A stretch of DNA of 51,725 nucleotides from Alphaproteobacteria bacterium (lineage in GTDB: Bacteria; Pseudomonadota; Alphaproteobacteria; RS24): the NCBI GenBank assembly GCA_029253645.1, contig JAQWZC010000098.1, forward strand, positions 1-51,725, read 5' to 3'. A program made the translations under genes and the position numbers. The first letter of the stretch is position 1; each line of letters opens with the position of its first letter. Positions 18,211 to 29,170 of this stretch are shown here, piece by piece. The notes below the pieces were generated by a model that saw nothing but the letters and a program-made list of their open reading frames with translations, did not search any database and had not been told where the DNA came from.

Positions 18211-18243
18211 ATAACAAGCGGATAACAAGCGGATAACAAGCGG
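18211..18243. repeat. Three exact copies of an 11-bp tandem repeat, ATAACAAGCGG
   Basis: Copies start at 18211, 18222 and 18233. Degenerate units flank them (ATAACCGCCGA, GTAACGCGG). Confidence 0.95.
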
Positions 18244-18252
18244 GTAACGCGG

Positions 18253-18981
18253 TTAAATCCCGTCGCCGTCAATATTCAAGTGGATGCCGCATTCGTCTTT
18301 TTCGCTATCGGCCCAGCGGCCCGAGCGGTAATCACCGCCCTCTTCCACCCGATTGGTGCAGGGCATGCAGCCAATTGACAGATAGCCGTCTTTCACCAGC
18401 GGATGACGCGGCAGATTATGCTCTTCAATATAATTCTTGAGTTGCGCGAGATCCCAATTGGCCAGCGGATTAATTTTATAGCGGCCATCCGTGTCTTTCT
18501 CGATGATTTGCATTTGCGCGCGCGTGCCGGTTTGAAAACGTTTACGGCCGGTAATCAGCGCGTCAAACGCCTCAACGGCGCGCGCTTGCGGGCGCACTTT
18601 GCGCACATCGCAACACGCATCCGTATCGCGCTGCCACAGCCCGCTTTTTGCGTCTTCCGCCGCCAATTCGCGCGGGTCGGGCGATACGGCGCGCACATCC
18701 ATCAGCCCGAGCCGTTCTTGCAGGCGGTCGCGATAGCGCAAAGTCTCGCCAAACAGCTTGCCGGTATTCAGCATGATGACCGGAACGCTGGGGTCAATCT
18801 CGGCAATCATGTGCAGCAAAATAACCGACTCCGCGCCAAAGGATGACACGATGGAAATGCGGTCAATAAATTGCTCGGTAATCGCATGGCGCAAAATTTC
18901 CAGCGCGCGCATGGTCTCATAAAGCGCGTTTAAATCGGCCAGCACAGGCGCGGTTTCTTGGTGAACAGCCACATTACTCAT
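18253..18981 (-). CDS. cysH: (Phospho)adenylyl-sulfate reductase, Fe-S-motif type
   Basis: SSFGAES, LNTGKLF.ET, CCDVRKV, SIGCMPCT, RSGRW, ECGIH. Confidence 0.93.
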   Translation of the reverse strand: MSNVAVHQETAPVLADLNALYETMRALEILRHAITEQFIDRISIVSSFGAESVILLHMIAEIDPSVPVIMLNTGKLFGETLRYRDRLQERLGLMDVRAVSPDPRELAAEDAKSGLWQRDTDACCDVRKVRPQARAVEAFDALITGRKRFQTGTRAQMQIIEKDTDGRYKINPLANWDLAQLKNYIEEHNLPRHPLVKDGYLSIGCMPCTNRVEEGGDYRSGRWADSEKDECGIHLNIDGDGI

Positions 18982-19538
18982 GCCAGCCAGCCTTTCTCGT
19001 CAATCACCTGATTGCTGCGATCGATAAGGGTTTTGAAGTCTGCCCCCTCATCGCGCCAGCCATCGCGCAAATTTGACAGCTCATTCAATCTTGCGTCCCA
19101 GCTTTCGGGATATTGTTCTTCCAGCTTGGCCTTTAAACGCCGCGCCAGACCGGGCGACTTGCCGCCGGTTGAGGCGGTCAATAACATATCGCCACGGCGC
19201 ACAATGGCCGGCACATGAAAATCGCAAAGCGGTTTCACATCCTCGACATTGACCAGCGTTTTAACGGCGCGCGCCTCCGCCGTGAAACGCTCTTGCAGCG
19301 CATCATCAACATTGGCGATATAAACAATATGGCAGGCCGACAACTCGTCTTGGGTCGGCCAGCTTTCAATCAGCCTATCCCCCGCCAAGTCGCGCATCGC
19401 GCTTTCGGCTTGCTCGGCATAGACGCGCACAAACTCAGCCCCCGCCGCATCGGCCATTTGCAGGCGGCGACGGGCTTGCGGGCCACTGCCGACAATGGCA
19501 ATGGTCAATTCGCTAACATCCAAAACGATTGGCAGCAT
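18978..19538 (-). CDS. Precorrin-2 dehydrogenase/sirohydrochlorin ferrochelatase (CysG N-terminal/Met8-like)
   Basis: LPIVLD, VNVEDV..LCDFHVPAIVRRG, STGGKSPGLARRL. Confidence 0.88.
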   Translation of the reverse strand: MLPIVLDVSELTIAIVGSGPQARRRLQMADAAGAEFVRVYAEQAESAMRDLAGDRLIESWPTQDELSACHIVYIANVDDALQERFTAEARAVKTLVNVEDVKPLCDFHVPAIVRRGDMLLTASTGGKSPGLARRLKAKLEEQYPESWDARLNELSNLRDGWRDEGADFKTLIDRSNQVIDEKGWLA

Positions 19539-19661
19539 GTTTATCTCCTTAAACCCTATATGGGGTATTGGCGCCTATTTATCAATATTTTTATGTGATT
19601 AATATTATTCTACATTTAATTTTGTTTTAATGAATGGCGCTTTCAGTGATATGACTGGCTT

Positions 19662-20324
19662 ATGAGCCAAATGCCCGAATTGATATTCAGCGACAAGCCC
19701 GTCGCCTATCCCGATGCCGTTGCTTTTATGGAGCAGCGCGTCGCCGATATTATTGCCGGTACGGCGTCCGAATGTCTGTGGTTTCTTGAGCATCCGCCGC
19801 TTTATACGGCGGGCACCAGCGCCAATCCGGCGGATTTGCTGCACTCTGACCGCTTTCCGGTTTATCAGAGCAAGCGCGGCGGTGAATATACCTATCATGG
19901 GCCGGGCCAGCGCGTGGTCTATCTGATGCTCGATTTACGCCAGCGCGGGCGCGATGTGCGCCGCTTTGTGCAACAGGCCGAGGCGTGGATTATTCAAACG
20001 CTGGAGGATTTCAACATTCAGGCCCACATCACGCCGGGCCGTGTTGGCGTGTGGGTGCCGCGCCCCGATAAGGGCGATGGGCGCGAGGATAAGATTGCCG
20101 CCATTGGCTTGCGGATGCGGCGATGGGTGAGTTTTCACGGCATTTCGATAAATGTGGAGCCGGAGCTTGAGCATTTTGGCGGCATTGTTCCCTGCGGCAT
20201 TCACGACCAAAGCGTGACCAGCATGGTTGATTTGGGTTATCCGGTCAGCATGACAGAGCTTGATAAAGCGCTGCTGGAGAATTTTGAAGCGGCGTTTGAC
20301 GCGCCTATTCAAACTCCAGCATAA
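19662..20324 (+). CDS. lipB: Lipoyl(octanoyl) transferase
   Basis: [39 protein letters not shown]. Confidence 0.97.
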   Translation: MSQMPELIFSDKPVAYPDAVAFMEQRVADIIAGTASECLWFLEHPPLYTAGTSANPADLLHSDRFPVYQSKRGGEYTYHGPGQRVVYLMLDLRQRGRDVRRFVQQAEAWIIQTLEDFNIQAHITPGRVGVWVPRPDKGDGREDKIAAIGLRMRRWVSFHGISINVEPELEHFGGIVPCGIHDQSVTSMVDLGYPVSMTELDKALLENFEAAFDAPIQTPA

Positions 20325-22296
20325 CCTCATCAACCGCCAGCTTGTCGCCCGCCGCGCACAGCACTTTGGCGACCGTCAGGTCTTTTTCGGCGCGCAGAAT
20401 ATTTTCCATTTTCATGGCTTCGACAACGGCCAGCGGTTCGCCCGCTTTGACCGATTGCCCTTCTTCCACGGCGACCGACACAACAACGCCGGGCATCGGG
20501 CAAACCAATTCCTTATCGCTCGCGCCATCAGTTTTTTCAGGCATATAGGCCATCGCCTCTTGCGCCGCCAAACGCCGCACGGATACTTTAACCGCCGCGC
20601 CGCGACCGGTCAGCGTGTAGCCTTCCGAATGGCGGTCAACCACCAGACTTATCGGTTTGCCATTGACCGCGCCGAAGAAGAATAAATCACCGGGCAGCCA
20701 TTCGCTCTCAACTTCAATATCCACGCCGTTCAGCACGACGCCCTGCGCCGACTTGCTGGCGGTGAATACCAAATCGCCAATTTGCACGGCCTGCTCAACA
20801 TCCGGCGTAAACTGGTGACCGGACAGCACTTGCGAGCCTTCCGTGGCGCGCATTTGCGCCAGTTGCGACATGGTAAAGCCGACAACCGCCAGTTCCTCAA
20901 TGCGCGCACTATTCATCGGCGCGCCGCCAAATCCGTCAGGATATTCTTCATCGATAAAAGCCGTGGTCAGCGCGCCATCGCGGAACCTTTGGTGCTGCAT
21001 AATCGCGCCGCAAAAATCAATATTATGGCGAATGCCATCAATGCGGAAATTATCCAGCGCATCGCCCATCGCATCAATCGCGGCAATGCGGTCGGGGCCG
21101 TGCGTCACCAGTTTGGCAATCATCGGGTCATAGAAAAGCGAGATTTCGCCGCCCTCATAAACGCCCGTATCATTACGCACGGTGATGCCGTCAACCACTT
21201 GCTCAACCGGTGGCCGATAGCGCGACAAGCGACCGGTGGATGGCAGGAAACCGCGATACGGGTCTTCTGCATAAATCCGGCTTTCCATCGCCCAGCCGTT
21301 CAGGTTCACATCTTTTTGCTGCAAGCTCAGCTTCTCACCGGCGGCGACCTTAATCATCTCCTCGACCAAATCAATGCCGGTAATCAATTCCGTCACCGGA
21401 TGCTCAACCTGCAAGCGCGTATTCATTTCGAGAAAGTAGAAATTCTTCTCGCCATCGACAATGAACTCAACCGTGCCGGCCGAGCAATAATCCACCGCCT
21501 GCGCCAGCGCGACCGATTGCTCGCCCATGGCTTTGCGCGTTTTGGCATCAAGAAACGGGCTTGGCGCTTCTTCAATAACTTTCTGATTGCGGCGCTGAAT
21601 GGAACATTCACGCTCGCCCAGATAAATCACATTGCCGTGCTTATCGCCCAGAATTTGAATTTCAATATGGCGCGGTTGGGTGACGAATTTTTCAATGAAA
21701 ATACGGTCATCGCCAAAGCTGGAGGCCGCCTCATTTTTGGAGGATTGAAAACCCTCACGCGCTTCATCATCATTCCAGGCGACGCGCATGCCCTTACCAC
21801 CGCCACCGGCAGAGGCTTTAATCATCACCGGATAGCCGATTTTATTGGCGATTGTGACGGCCTCATCGGCGTCCTCAATCAGCCCCATATGACCGGGCAC
21901 GGTCGAGACACCGGCTTCAGCGGCTAATTTCTTCGAGGTGATTTTGTCGCCCATCGCCTCAATCGCACCGGCAGGCGGGCCGATAAAGGCGACACCGGCT
22001 TTATCCAATGCTTCGGCAAAGGCTTTATTCTCAGACAAAAAGCCATAGCCCGGATGCACGGCCTGTGCGCCGGTTTGCTTAATGGCGTCGAGGATTTTAT
22101 CAATTACCAAATAGCTTTCGCCCGCAGGCGCGCCGCCAATATGCACGGCCTCATCGGCCTCGCGCACATGCAACGCCAGCGCGTCCGCATCGGAATAAAC
22201 GGCCACGGTCTTAATGCCCATAGCGCGGGCGGATTTGATGACACGGCAGGCGATTTCGCCGCGATTTGCAATCAGGATTTTATCAAACATAGCCAT
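20305..22296 (-). CDS. pccA: Propionyl-CoA carboxylase alpha subunit (biotin carboxylase plus biotinyl domain)
   Basis: [31 protein letters not shown]. Adjacent to pccB. Confidence 0.9.
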   Translation of the reverse strand: MAMFDKILIANRGEIACRVIKSARAMGIKTVAVYSDADALALHVREADEAVHIGGAPAGESYLVIDKILDAIKQTGAQAVHPGYGFLSENKAFAEALDKAGVAFIGPPAGAIEAMGDKITSKKLAAEAGVSTVPGHMGLIEDADEAVTIANKIGYPVMIKASAGGGGKGMRVAWNDDEAREGFQSSKNEAASSFGDDRIFIEKFVTQPRHIEIQILGDKHGNVIYLGERECSIQRRNQKVIEEAPSPFLDAKTRKAMGEQSVALAQAVDYCSAGTVEFIVDGEKNFYFLEMNTRLQVEHPVTELITGIDLVEEMIKVAAGEKLSLQQKDVNLNGWAMESRIYAEDPYRGFLPSTGRLSRYRPPVEQVVDGITVRNDTGVYEGGEISLFYDPMIAKLVTHGPDRIAAIDAMGDALDNFRIDGIRHNIDFCGAIMQHQRFRDGALTTAFIDEEYPDGFGGAPMNSARIEELAVVGFTMSQLAQMRATEGSQVLSGHQFTPDVEQAVQIGDLVFTASKSAQGVVLNGVDIEVESEWLPGDLFFFGAVNGKPISLVVDRHSEGYTLTGRGAAVKVSVRRLAAQEAMAYMPEKTDGASDKELVCPMPGVVVSVAVEEGQSVKAGEPLAVVEAMKMENILRAEKDLTVAKVLCAAGDKLAVDEVMLEFE

Positions 22297-22299
22297 ACC

Positions 22300-23826
22300 T
22301 TAAAGCGGAATATTATCGTGTTTTTTCCACGGGTTATCGAGCTTTTTAGACGATAGGAGCGCCAGCGCGCGCGCCACACGGCGGCGCGTATTATGCGGCT
22401 GAATAACCTCGTCAATATAGCCGCGTTCTGCCGCCACAAACGGGTTTAAAAACCGCTCCTCATATTGCGCTGTTTGGGCGGCAATCTCTTCCTCTGTGGA
22501 ATTACGGAAGATGATTTCCACCGCGCCCTTCGCGCCCATCACGGCAATCTCAGCCGTCGGCCACGCATAGTTAAAATCGCCGCGCAAATGCTTTGACGCC
22601 ATCACATCATAGGCACCGCCATAGGCTTTGCGGGTGATGATTGTGACTTTCGGCACGGTCGCTTCGGCATAGGCAAAAAGCAGTTTCGCGCCATGCTTAA
22701 TCAAGCCGCCATATTCTTGCGCCGTGCCCGGCAAGAAACCCGGCACATCGACAAAGGTCACAATCGGCACATCAAAACAATCGCAGAAGCGCACAAAGCG
22801 CGCTGCCTTGCGGCTGGCATCACTGTCCAAAACACCGGCCAAAGTCATGGGCTGGTTGGCCACAAAACCGACTGTTTTGCCCTCAACGCGGCCAAAACCG
22901 GTAATCACGTTTTTGGCAAAGTCCTTTTGAATTTCAAAGAAATCGCCCTCATCGACCACTTTCTCCACCAGCTCCATCATGTCATAGGGCATGTTGGGAT
23001 TGTCAGGAATGAGTGTATCGAGTGAATGTTCAACGCGGTCGCGCACATCAAAAGTCGGACGCTCGGGCACGCCGGTGCGGTTCGACAAAGGCAGGAAGTC
23101 AATCAGACGACGCAATTCGGTCAGCGCCTCAACATCATTATCATAAGCGCCATCAGCGACGGAGGATTTTGAGGTATGCACTTTCGCGCCGCCCAATTCT
23201 TCCGCCGTCACCTCTTCATTGGTCACGGTTTTGACCACATCAGGGCCGGTGACAAACATGTAAGACGTGTTACGCACCATGAAAATAAAATCAGTGAGCG
23301 CCGGTGAATACACATCACCGCCCGCGCATGGCCCCATAATCATGGTGATTTGCGGGATAACCCCCGAGGCCAGCGTGTTGCGCTGGAACACTTCGGCATA
23401 GCCGCCCAGCGCATCGACGCCCTCTTGAATCCGCGCGCCACCGGCATCCAGAATACCGATAATCGGCACGCCATTACGCAGCGCCATATCCTGAACCTTA
23501 TTGATTTTCTTGGAATGCGCCCGCGACAGCGAGCCGCCAAATACGGTGAAATCTTTGGCGAAAACATAAATCGGGCGGCCATTCACCGTGCCCCAGCCGG
23601 TAACGACACCATCGCCGGGCACTTTATTGTCCTGCATGCCAAACTCTTGGCAGTCATGCTCAACAAACATGTCAATTTCTTCAAAGCTGTCAGGGTCGAG
23701 CAGCAGGTCGAGGCGCTCGCGCGCGGTCAGCTTGCCGCGTCCATGCTGCGCCTCAATGCGCTTCTCGCCGCCGCCCAGACGGGCAATGCGCCGACGCTCT
23801 TCGAGTTCTTCAACAATATCTCGCAC
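22300..23826 (-). CDS. pccB: Propionyl-CoA carboxylase beta subunit
   Basis: [37 protein letters not shown]. Confidence 0.92.
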   Translation of the reverse strand: MRDIVEELEERRRIARLGGGEKRIEAQHGRGKLTARERLDLLLDPDSFEEIDMFVEHDCQEFGMQDNKVPGDGVVTGWGTVNGRPIYVFAKDFTVFGGSLSRAHSKKINKVQDMALRNGVPIIGILDAGGARIQEGVDALGGYAEVFQRNTLASGVIPQITMIMGPCAGGDVYSPALTDFIFMVRNTSYMFVTGPDVVKTVTNEEVTAEELGGAKVHTSKSSVADGAYDNDVEALTELRRLIDFLPLSNRTGVPERPTFDVRDRVEHSLDTLIPDNPNMPYDMMELVEKVVDEGDFFEIQKDFAKNVITGFGRVEGKTVGFVANQPMTLAGVLDSDASRKAARFVRFCDCFDVPIVTFVDVPGFLPGTAQEYGGLIKHGAKLLFAYAEATVPKVTIITRKAYGGAYDVMASKHLRGDFNYAWPTAEIAVMGAKGAVEIIFRNSTEEEIAAQTAQYEERFLNPFVAAERGYIDEVIQPHNTRRRVARALALLSSKKLDNPWKKHDNIPL

Positions 23827-23856
23827 GATGTTTCCTCCCTAACAGCCTGTCAAAGG

Positions 23857-24546
23857 CTATAGCGCTGATAAATAACGCGCTACGGTCGCTATTTCCAGTT
23901 CTATCTTATCCAAACGCGCCTGCGCCTCTTCATCCGCGCCCCATTCGTCAATCTGATATAAATCGTCCAGAAAAGCCAATTCATATGCCTGACGCGGCGA
24001 GATATGCGCCTCGCCCAAAGCCAGCGCCAATATGGCAGAGCCGAGCAAGGCTGCCAAATGCGCCAATGCGGTCAGCCGAAGCGGCTCATCTCCGGCGGCT
24101 GAGGCAAAGCGCGCGCGATTTTCTTCCGGCTGCTCAACCGGCAAAATGCCCGCCGTCACAACCAGCGACACATCAAAGCGCGTCTTGGCCCATTCAAGCA
24201 GCGGGTCCCAGCTATCAGCCTGTTTTTCAACAAGCTTTTCAGGGTGTTCGGCGCGATAGCACAGCAAATCCGACATCACATAAGCGGCAAAGGCGTCAGC
24301 CGTTTCTTGCGGCACATCAGCCACGCGGTCCAGCGCGGTTGAGACCATGCGCATAATTGGCATGCTGTCGGGCATGATTTCATCGCCCTGCGCCTGCCAT
24401 TCATCGGCCACGAGTTGCGCCAGCGCGGCACTGGGCAGCAGCATGGGCTTTTTGGCCGGTGTCTTTAATTCACGCGCATCCAGCAATATGACAAACGCCG
24501 CGTCACGCGCTTGCACCGTCACAGTTTCATAAAAACGCTTTGCCAT
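23857..24546 (-). CDS. ATP12-family F1 assembly chaperone
   Basis: KRFY..V, LD.R.LKTP, EW.AQ, DLLCYRA, Q...WG.D.EA. Confidence 0.92.
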   Translation of the reverse strand: MAKRFYETVTVQARDAAFVILLDARELKTPAKKPMLLPSAALAQLVADEWQAQGDEIMPDSMPIMRMVSTALDRVADVPQETADAFAAYVMSDLLCYRAEHPEKLVEKQADSWDPLLEWAKTRFDVSLVVTAGILPVEQPEENRARFASAAGDEPLRLTALAHLAALLGSAILALALGEAHISPRQAYELAFLDDLYQIDEWGADEEAQARLDKIELEIATVARYLSAL

Positions 24547-24571
24547 AAATTCGCTTAAACTTGCTCAAACT

Positions 24572-25237
24572 TTATTGCGGCTGAAAAGCCGACAATAAAT
24601 TATTTAAATCTTCAGGCGTCGCGGCAACCGCATCGGCGCCGGATTCTTCCAATTCCTCAACCGTCTGATAGCCCCAGCCGACACCAATGGCCTGCGTGCC
24701 TGCCGCTTTAGCCATTAAAATATCAAAGCTCGTATCGCCCACCATCAGCGTTTGCGCCGCATCGACGCCGGTTTCGCCTATGGCGTCGAGCATTAAATCC
24801 GGATTGGGTTTGCCCGGCCCGTCATCGGCGCTTTTCAGCACCTGAAAATATTGCCGAATATCATAAGCATCAACCACGCGCTCCAGCCCGCGCCGCGATT
24901 TCATGGTGATGATGCCCAGCAATGTGTCATCCATATTGCCCAGCTGAATGATTTGCTCATGCATGCCCTCAAACATCACCTGGCCCCGATCATCTTGCTG
25001 CACAAGCTGCTGATAGGTCTCGCGATAAATATCCAGCATATTGATTATCTGGTCATCGGTCGCTTCGGGGGCGTGGCGGCGCATGGCGACATCCACCGGC
25101 AGGCCGACCGCATAGAGAATATCGCGGCGGTCAGGGCAGACGAAATCATGCGACCCCAACGCCGCTTCTGTCGCGGTGATGATGGTCTGCTGGCTATCAA
25201 CCAGCGTACCGTCGCAATCAAAGACAATCAGCCTCAC
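24572..25237 (-). CDS. HAD-IA family hydrolase (phosphoglycolate phosphatase-like)
   Basis: FDCDGTLVDS, KPNP, MVGDTSFD, WGY. Confidence 0.9.
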   Translation of the reverse strand: MRLIVFDCDGTLVDSQQTIITATEAALGSHDFVCPDRRDILYAVGLPVDVAMRRHAPEATDDQIINMLDIYRETYQQLVQQDDRGQVMFEGMHEQIIQLGNMDDTLLGIITMKSRRGLERVVDAYDIRQYFQVLKSADDGPGKPNPDLMLDAIGETGVDAAQTLMVGDTSFDILMAKAAGTQAIGVGWGYQTVEELEESGADAVAATPEDLNNLLSAFQPQ

Positions 25238-25248
25238 ATTAAACCCCG

Positions 25249-26244
25249 TTAAATTTCGTCAAAATCAATGTCGCCATCACCTGACTCAAAATTAAGCATA
25301 TCCCATGTTTCCGCCATATGGTCAGTCAATGGCGCGCGGCAGGTCAACTCCCCGCCCGCAGGATGCTGCATCTTAATCAATCGGGCGTGTAAGTGAAGTT
25401 TTTTCGGCAGAATTCCGCCATATTCTTCATTTTCATGCGCGACGCGATATTTTCCGTCGCCAACCAGCGGATGGCCAATGGCCGTGGCATGGGCGCGGAT
25501 TTGGTGGGTACGTCCGGTAATCGGACGAAAGGCCAGCCAGCAAAAACGCTGCCCGACACGAGCAATTTCTCGATAATCCGTATGTGCTTTCATCGCGTCA
25601 GGGTCGCCCTTTTCAACCGGTCGCACCCGCTCCCCGCCATCGGCGGCGGCGCGTTTGGCCAGCGGCACCATAATGTGACCGCGCGGCGGGCGCGGCACCC
25701 CATATACCAAAGCCCAGTAAATTTTTTCTGTCGCCCTATCGGCAAATTGACGGGTCAAAAACTGCGCCGCTTGGCGATTGCGGGCCAATACCAAAACGCC
25801 CGATGTATCGCGGTCCAGCCGATGCACCAAACGCGGCGGCTCGGCTTCATCAAATTGCAAAGCCGGCAGCGCGCCATCAATATGAGTCATGGTTTTGCTG
25901 CCGCCCTGCACCGCCAGCCCTGACGGTTTGTTCAGCACAATCACATCTTTGTCTTTATGGATAATCGCGTCGCGTAATTGCGTCACCACATGGCCGGCGA
26001 CGCTGACCGGACGTTCCGATTTTTTGGCGCCCTGTGGCGGCACTTCCGGCGGCACGCGAATAATTTGGCCAATGGCGATGCGCTCGGCCGCTTTGGCGCG
26101 CTTGCCATCGAGACGAACCAGACCGCGGCGCAATAGTTTTTCCAGACGCCCCTGAGTAAGCGCGGGGAAATGTTTCCGAAACCAGCGATCGAGCCGCAGC
26201 CCGTCATCTTCATGTTTGACTTTTATCTGACGAACACCGGCCAT
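25249..26244 (-). CDS. RluA-family pseudouridine synthase with S4 domain (RluC-like)
   Basis: RLDRW, NKPSGLAVQGG, HRLDRDTSG, TGRTHQIR, GD.KY. Confidence 0.93.
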   Translation of the reverse strand: MAGVRQIKVKHEDDGLRLDRWFRKHFPALTQGRLEKLLRRGLVRLDGKRAKAAERIAIGQIIRVPPEVPPQGAKKSERPVSVAGHVVTQLRDAIIHKDKDVIVLNKPSGLAVQGGSKTMTHIDGALPALQFDEAEPPRLVHRLDRDTSGVLVLARNRQAAQFLTRQFADRATEKIYWALVYGVPRPPRGHIMVPLAKRAAADGGERVRPVEKGDPDAMKAHTDYREIARVGQRFCWLAFRPITGRTHQIRAHATAIGHPLVGDGKYRVAHENEEYGGILPKKLHLHARLIKMQHPAGGELTCRAPLTDHMAETWDMLNFESGDGDIDFDEI

Positions 26245-26615
26245 TATGCCCTCAAGGCCATAAAGCCGATGATAAACGCCGCCAAGCCGCCCAGCAATGA
26301 GCCGCCCAAATAGAGCGCCATAGCGGCAATGTCGCGTTTCTCCATCAGCGTGAATAAATCCATCGAAAAGGCTGAGAATGTGGTGAAACCGCCCAATATG
26401 CCGACGGCGAGAAACAGCCGCAGCGTCTCATATCCGGCGCTTTGGCGCGACAGCCAGCCAATCACCAGCCCCATCAGCAGCGAGCCGACAATATTAACGC
26501 TCATGGTCGCCCACGGAAAACCCGAAGCGGTTTTCAGCAGGAAACCGGCCAGATAGCGCGCCACTGCGCCCAGCGCGCCGCCTGCTGCTACCCATAGGAT
26601 GGCCTGACCGCTCAT
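26244..26615 (-). CDS. crcB: Fluoride efflux channel Fluc
   Basis: GGALGAVARY, FPWAT..VN..GS, GGFTTFSAF. Confidence 0.95.
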   Translation of the reverse strand: MSGQAILWVAAGGALGAVARYLAGFLLKTASGFPWATMSVNIVGSLLMGLVIGWLSRQSAGYETLRLFLAVGILGGFTTFSAFSMDLFTLMEKRDIAAMALYLGGSLLGGLAAFIIGFMALRA

Positions 26616-26644
26616 ATTCTCTCCTTATGCCGGTAATCTAGCAT

Positions 26645-26678
26645 AAAAAAAGGCACGAAAACCGCGTTTCCGTGCCTT
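26645..26678 (-). terminator. Intrinsic terminator after rplQ
   Basis: Minus strand reads AAGGCACGGAAAC-gcg-GTTTTCGTGCCTTTTTTT. Confidence 0.85.
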
Positions 26679-26697
26679 ATTTAAGGGTGTTGTCGCC

Positions 26698-27138
26698 TTA
26701 GGCGGTTGCAGCGGCGGGGGCGACGGCATCGCCCTCATCATTCACTTCAACCGGGCCGCTATCCTGGCCTTTGGCGGCAGGGTCACGGTCAACAAATTCA
26801 ATCACCGCCATTGGCGCATTATCGCCAAAACGGAAACCGGCTTTTAGCACGCGAATATAACCACCATTGCGGTTGGCATAGCGCTCGGCCAGCGTATCAA
26901 ACAGCTTGGCGGCATATTGCTCTTCCGGCAGTTGCGCATAGGCGCGACGGCGGGCAGCCAAATCACCTTTTTTGCCCAGCGTCACCAGTTTTTCAACAAA
27001 CGGGCGAAGCTCTTTGGCTTTCGGTAATGTGGTCACGATCTGCTCGTGCTTTATCAGCGCGACAGCCATGTTCTCCAGCATCGCTTTACGATGACTGCTG
27101 GTTCTGTTTAGTTTGCGTCCTGCTTTTGCGTGGCGCAT
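26698..27138 (-). CDS. rplQ: 50S ribosomal protein L17
   Basis: MRH...[22 protein letters not shown]. Confidence 0.98.
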   Translation of the reverse strand: MRHAKAGRKLNRTSSHRKAMLENMAVALIKHEQIVTTLPKAKELRPFVEKLVTLGKKGDLAARRRAYAQLPEEQYAAKLFDTLAERYANRNGGYIRVLKAGFRFGDNAPMAVIEFVDRDPAAKGQDSGPVEVNDEGDAVAPAAATA

Positions 27139-27170
27139 AACGGCACTCCTTTACGCCCTCTTACGAGGCC

Positions 27171-28190
27171 TTAAAAATTCTCTTCGAACTTCTTAGCAAG
27201 TTCTTCGATGTTTTCCGGCGGCCAATTTGGCACATCCATTCCCAAATGCAGGCCCATATCGCCCAGCACTTCCTTAATTTCATTCAGCGATTTGCGGCCG
27301 AAATTCGGTGTCCGCAGCATTTCGCCTTCCGACTTTTGAATCAGGTCGCCAATGTAAACGATATTGTCGTTTTTCAGGCAATTGGCTGAACGCACAGACA
27401 ATTCCAACTCGTCGACTTTTTTCAGCAGCGCAGCAGAGAAACCGGTCTCTTCAATGGCCGATGTATCATCAACCTGCACTTCCGGCTCTTCAAAGTTAAT
27501 GAAGCTTTGAAGCTGGTCTTGCAGAATACGCGCTGACAAAGCCAGTGCATCTTCCGGCGTAACCGTGCCATTGGTTTCAATATCCATAGTCAGCTTGTCA
27601 TAATCCAGCACTTGGCCTTCGCGTGTATTCTCTACATTGTAGGATACACGGCGCACCGGGCTATACAGGCTATCGACCGGAATCATGCCAATCGGCGAAT
27701 CTTCCGGACGGTTTTTCTCAGCAGGCACATAACCGGCACCGGTATTAATGGTGAACTCGAAGCGAACTTCCGCACCATCATCCAAAGTGCACAGCACCAA
27801 ATCAGGATTGTTAATCGTCACGGCGGCATTTTCTTCAATGTCACCGGCGGTCACAACGCCCGGGCCTTTTTTCGACAAGACAAGGCGTTTCGGGCCTTCG
27901 GCATCCATCGACAAAGCCATTTTCTTAATGTTGAGAACAACATCCGTCACATCTTCGCGGACACCCGCAATTGATGAGAACTCGTGCAGAACGCCATCAA
28001 TTTGAACACCCGTCACAGCCGCACCCTGAATGGATGACAATAAGACGCGACGCAGCGCATTGCCCAATGTCAGACCGAAACCACGCTCAAGCGGCTCAGC
28101 CACAATGCGGGCTTCGCGCGTCTCGTCATGGCCGGGGATAATATCCAGCTTGGTGGGTTTAATCAGTTCCTGCCAGTTTTTTTGGATCAC
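27171..28190 (-). CDS. rpoA: RNA polymerase alpha subunit
   Basis: [28 protein letters not shown]. Confidence 0.99.
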   Translation of the reverse strand: MIQKNWQELIKPTKLDIIPGHDETREARIVAEPLERGFGLTLGNALRRVLLSSIQGAAVTGVQIDGVLHEFSSIAGVREDVTDVVLNIKKMALSMDAEGPKRLVLSKKGPGVVTAGDIEENAAVTINNPDLVLCTLDDGAEVRFEFTINTGAGYVPAEKNRPEDSPIGMIPVDSLYSPVRRVSYNVENTREGQVLDYDKLTMDIETNGTVTPEDALALSARILQDQLQSFINFEEPEVQVDDTSAIEETGFSAALLKKVDELELSVRSANCLKNDNIVYIGDLIQKSEGEMLRTPNFGRKSLNEIKEVLGDMGLHLGMDVPNWPPENIEELAKKFEENF

Positions 28191-28240
28191 AATGTCACCT
28201 CTTCAATCAGTTTATCGCTAAGGGTTGCGCGCAAAATTGC

Positions 28241-28630
28241 TTAAACGCGACGGCGTTTAGGCGGGCGGCAACCATTATGCGGAATCGGAGTTACATCACG
28301 AATGGAGGTGATGGTAAAACCGGCGGCTTGCAAAGCGCGAAGTGCGCTCTCACGGCCCGAACCGGGGCCGCGCACATTTACTTCCAGCGTCTTGACGCCG
28401 TGGTCCATTGCCTTGCGACCGGCATCTTCTGCGGCAACCTGTGCGGCATAAGGGGTCGATTTGCGTGAGCCTTTAAAGCCCATAGAACCGGCGGAAGACC
28501 AGCTAATAGCATTACCCTGTGCATCGGTAATGGTTATCAATGTGTTGTTAAAGGTCGAATTAACATGCGCAACGCCGGAGGTGATGTTTTTCCGCTCGCG
28601 GCGGCGCACTCGGGTATTTTCATTAGCCAT
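28241..28630 (-). CDS. rpsK: 30S ribosomal protein S11
   Basis: [27 protein letters not shown]. Confidence 0.99.
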   Translation of the reverse strand: MANENTRVRRRERKNITSGVAHVNSTFNNTLITITDAQGNAISWSSAGSMGFKGSRKSTPYAAQVAAEDAGRKAMDHGVKTLEVNVRGPGSGRESALRALQAAGFTITSIRDVTPIPHNGCRPPKRRRV

Positions 28631-28649
28631 TTATACAAATCCTCTCGCG

Positions 28650-29018
28650 CTACTGCTTCTTGCCGGCGATTGCTTTTGCCGGGCCCTTACGGGTGCGCGC
28701 ATTTGTGTGGGTGCGCTGGCCCCGAACCGGCAAATTACGTCGGTGACGCAAGCCACGGTAAATGCCCATATCCAGCAAACGCTTGATGTTCATTGATGTA
28801 TCACGGCGCAAGTCACCTTCCACCATGTAGTCAGCATCAATTGTTTCACGAATTTGGATGACATCCGCATCGCTCAATTCATTAACGCGACGCTCAGCCG
28901 GAATACCGACTTTTTCGCAAATTTCTTTCGCCATAGTATCTCCAATGCCATGAATATAAGTCAGGGCAATAACGACGCGCTTGGCCGTCGGAATGTTAAC
29001 ACCAGCTATACGAGCCAC
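28650..29018 (-). CDS. rpsM: 30S ribosomal protein S13 (GTG start)
   Basis: [33 protein letters not shown]. Confidence 0.98.
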   Translation of the reverse strand: MARIAGVNIPTAKRVVIALTYIHGIGDTMAKEICEKVGIPAERRVNELSDADVIQIRETIDADYMVEGDLRRDTSMNIKRLLDMGIYRGLRHRRNLPVRGQRTHTNARTRKGPAKAIAGKKQ

Positions 29019-29118
29019 TTGCTTCTCCTTTTCACCGTTCCCGGTGGCGTTGGCCATCTTAAAAGCCAACAATTCTGCGAAATTTGCCGATTTTTGCTAT
29101 CGTCTCTCGGAAGCGCGA

Positions 29119-29146
29119 ATTATATGAATTTCGCCCCGCCAGTCAA
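29119..29146 (-). promoter_or_regulatory. Sigma70 promoter of the rpsM-rpsK-rpoA-rplQ operon
   Basis: Minus strand TTGACT-N16-TATAAT. Confidence 0.75.
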
Positions 29147-29170
29147 CTGCAAACCATTGGAAAACCCCGA

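Noticed and set aside
18217-18239. AGCGGATAACAA matches half of the E. coli lac operator; TTATCCGCT on the minus strand is a 7/9 DnaA-box match
   Set aside because: Only a half-site, produced by the tandem repeat, with no vector or lac context. The DnaA match is weak and nothing else suggests an origin.
18200-18252. Repeat considered as a CRISPR array
   Set aside because: The units are 11 bp with no spacers, and there are no cas genes.
20782-21927. Long antisense ORFs (381 aa here; also 2223..3182, 7799..8782, 30280..31068 and others)
   Set aside because: They lie opposite well-conserved genes, have no recognisable motifs, and are the shadow ORFs expected from codon bias in GC-rich DNA.
26616-26697. 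Possible fluoride riboswitch upstream of crcB
   Set aside because: Only about 30 nt lie between the rplQ terminator and the start codon, and the conserved aptamer sequence is not seen.
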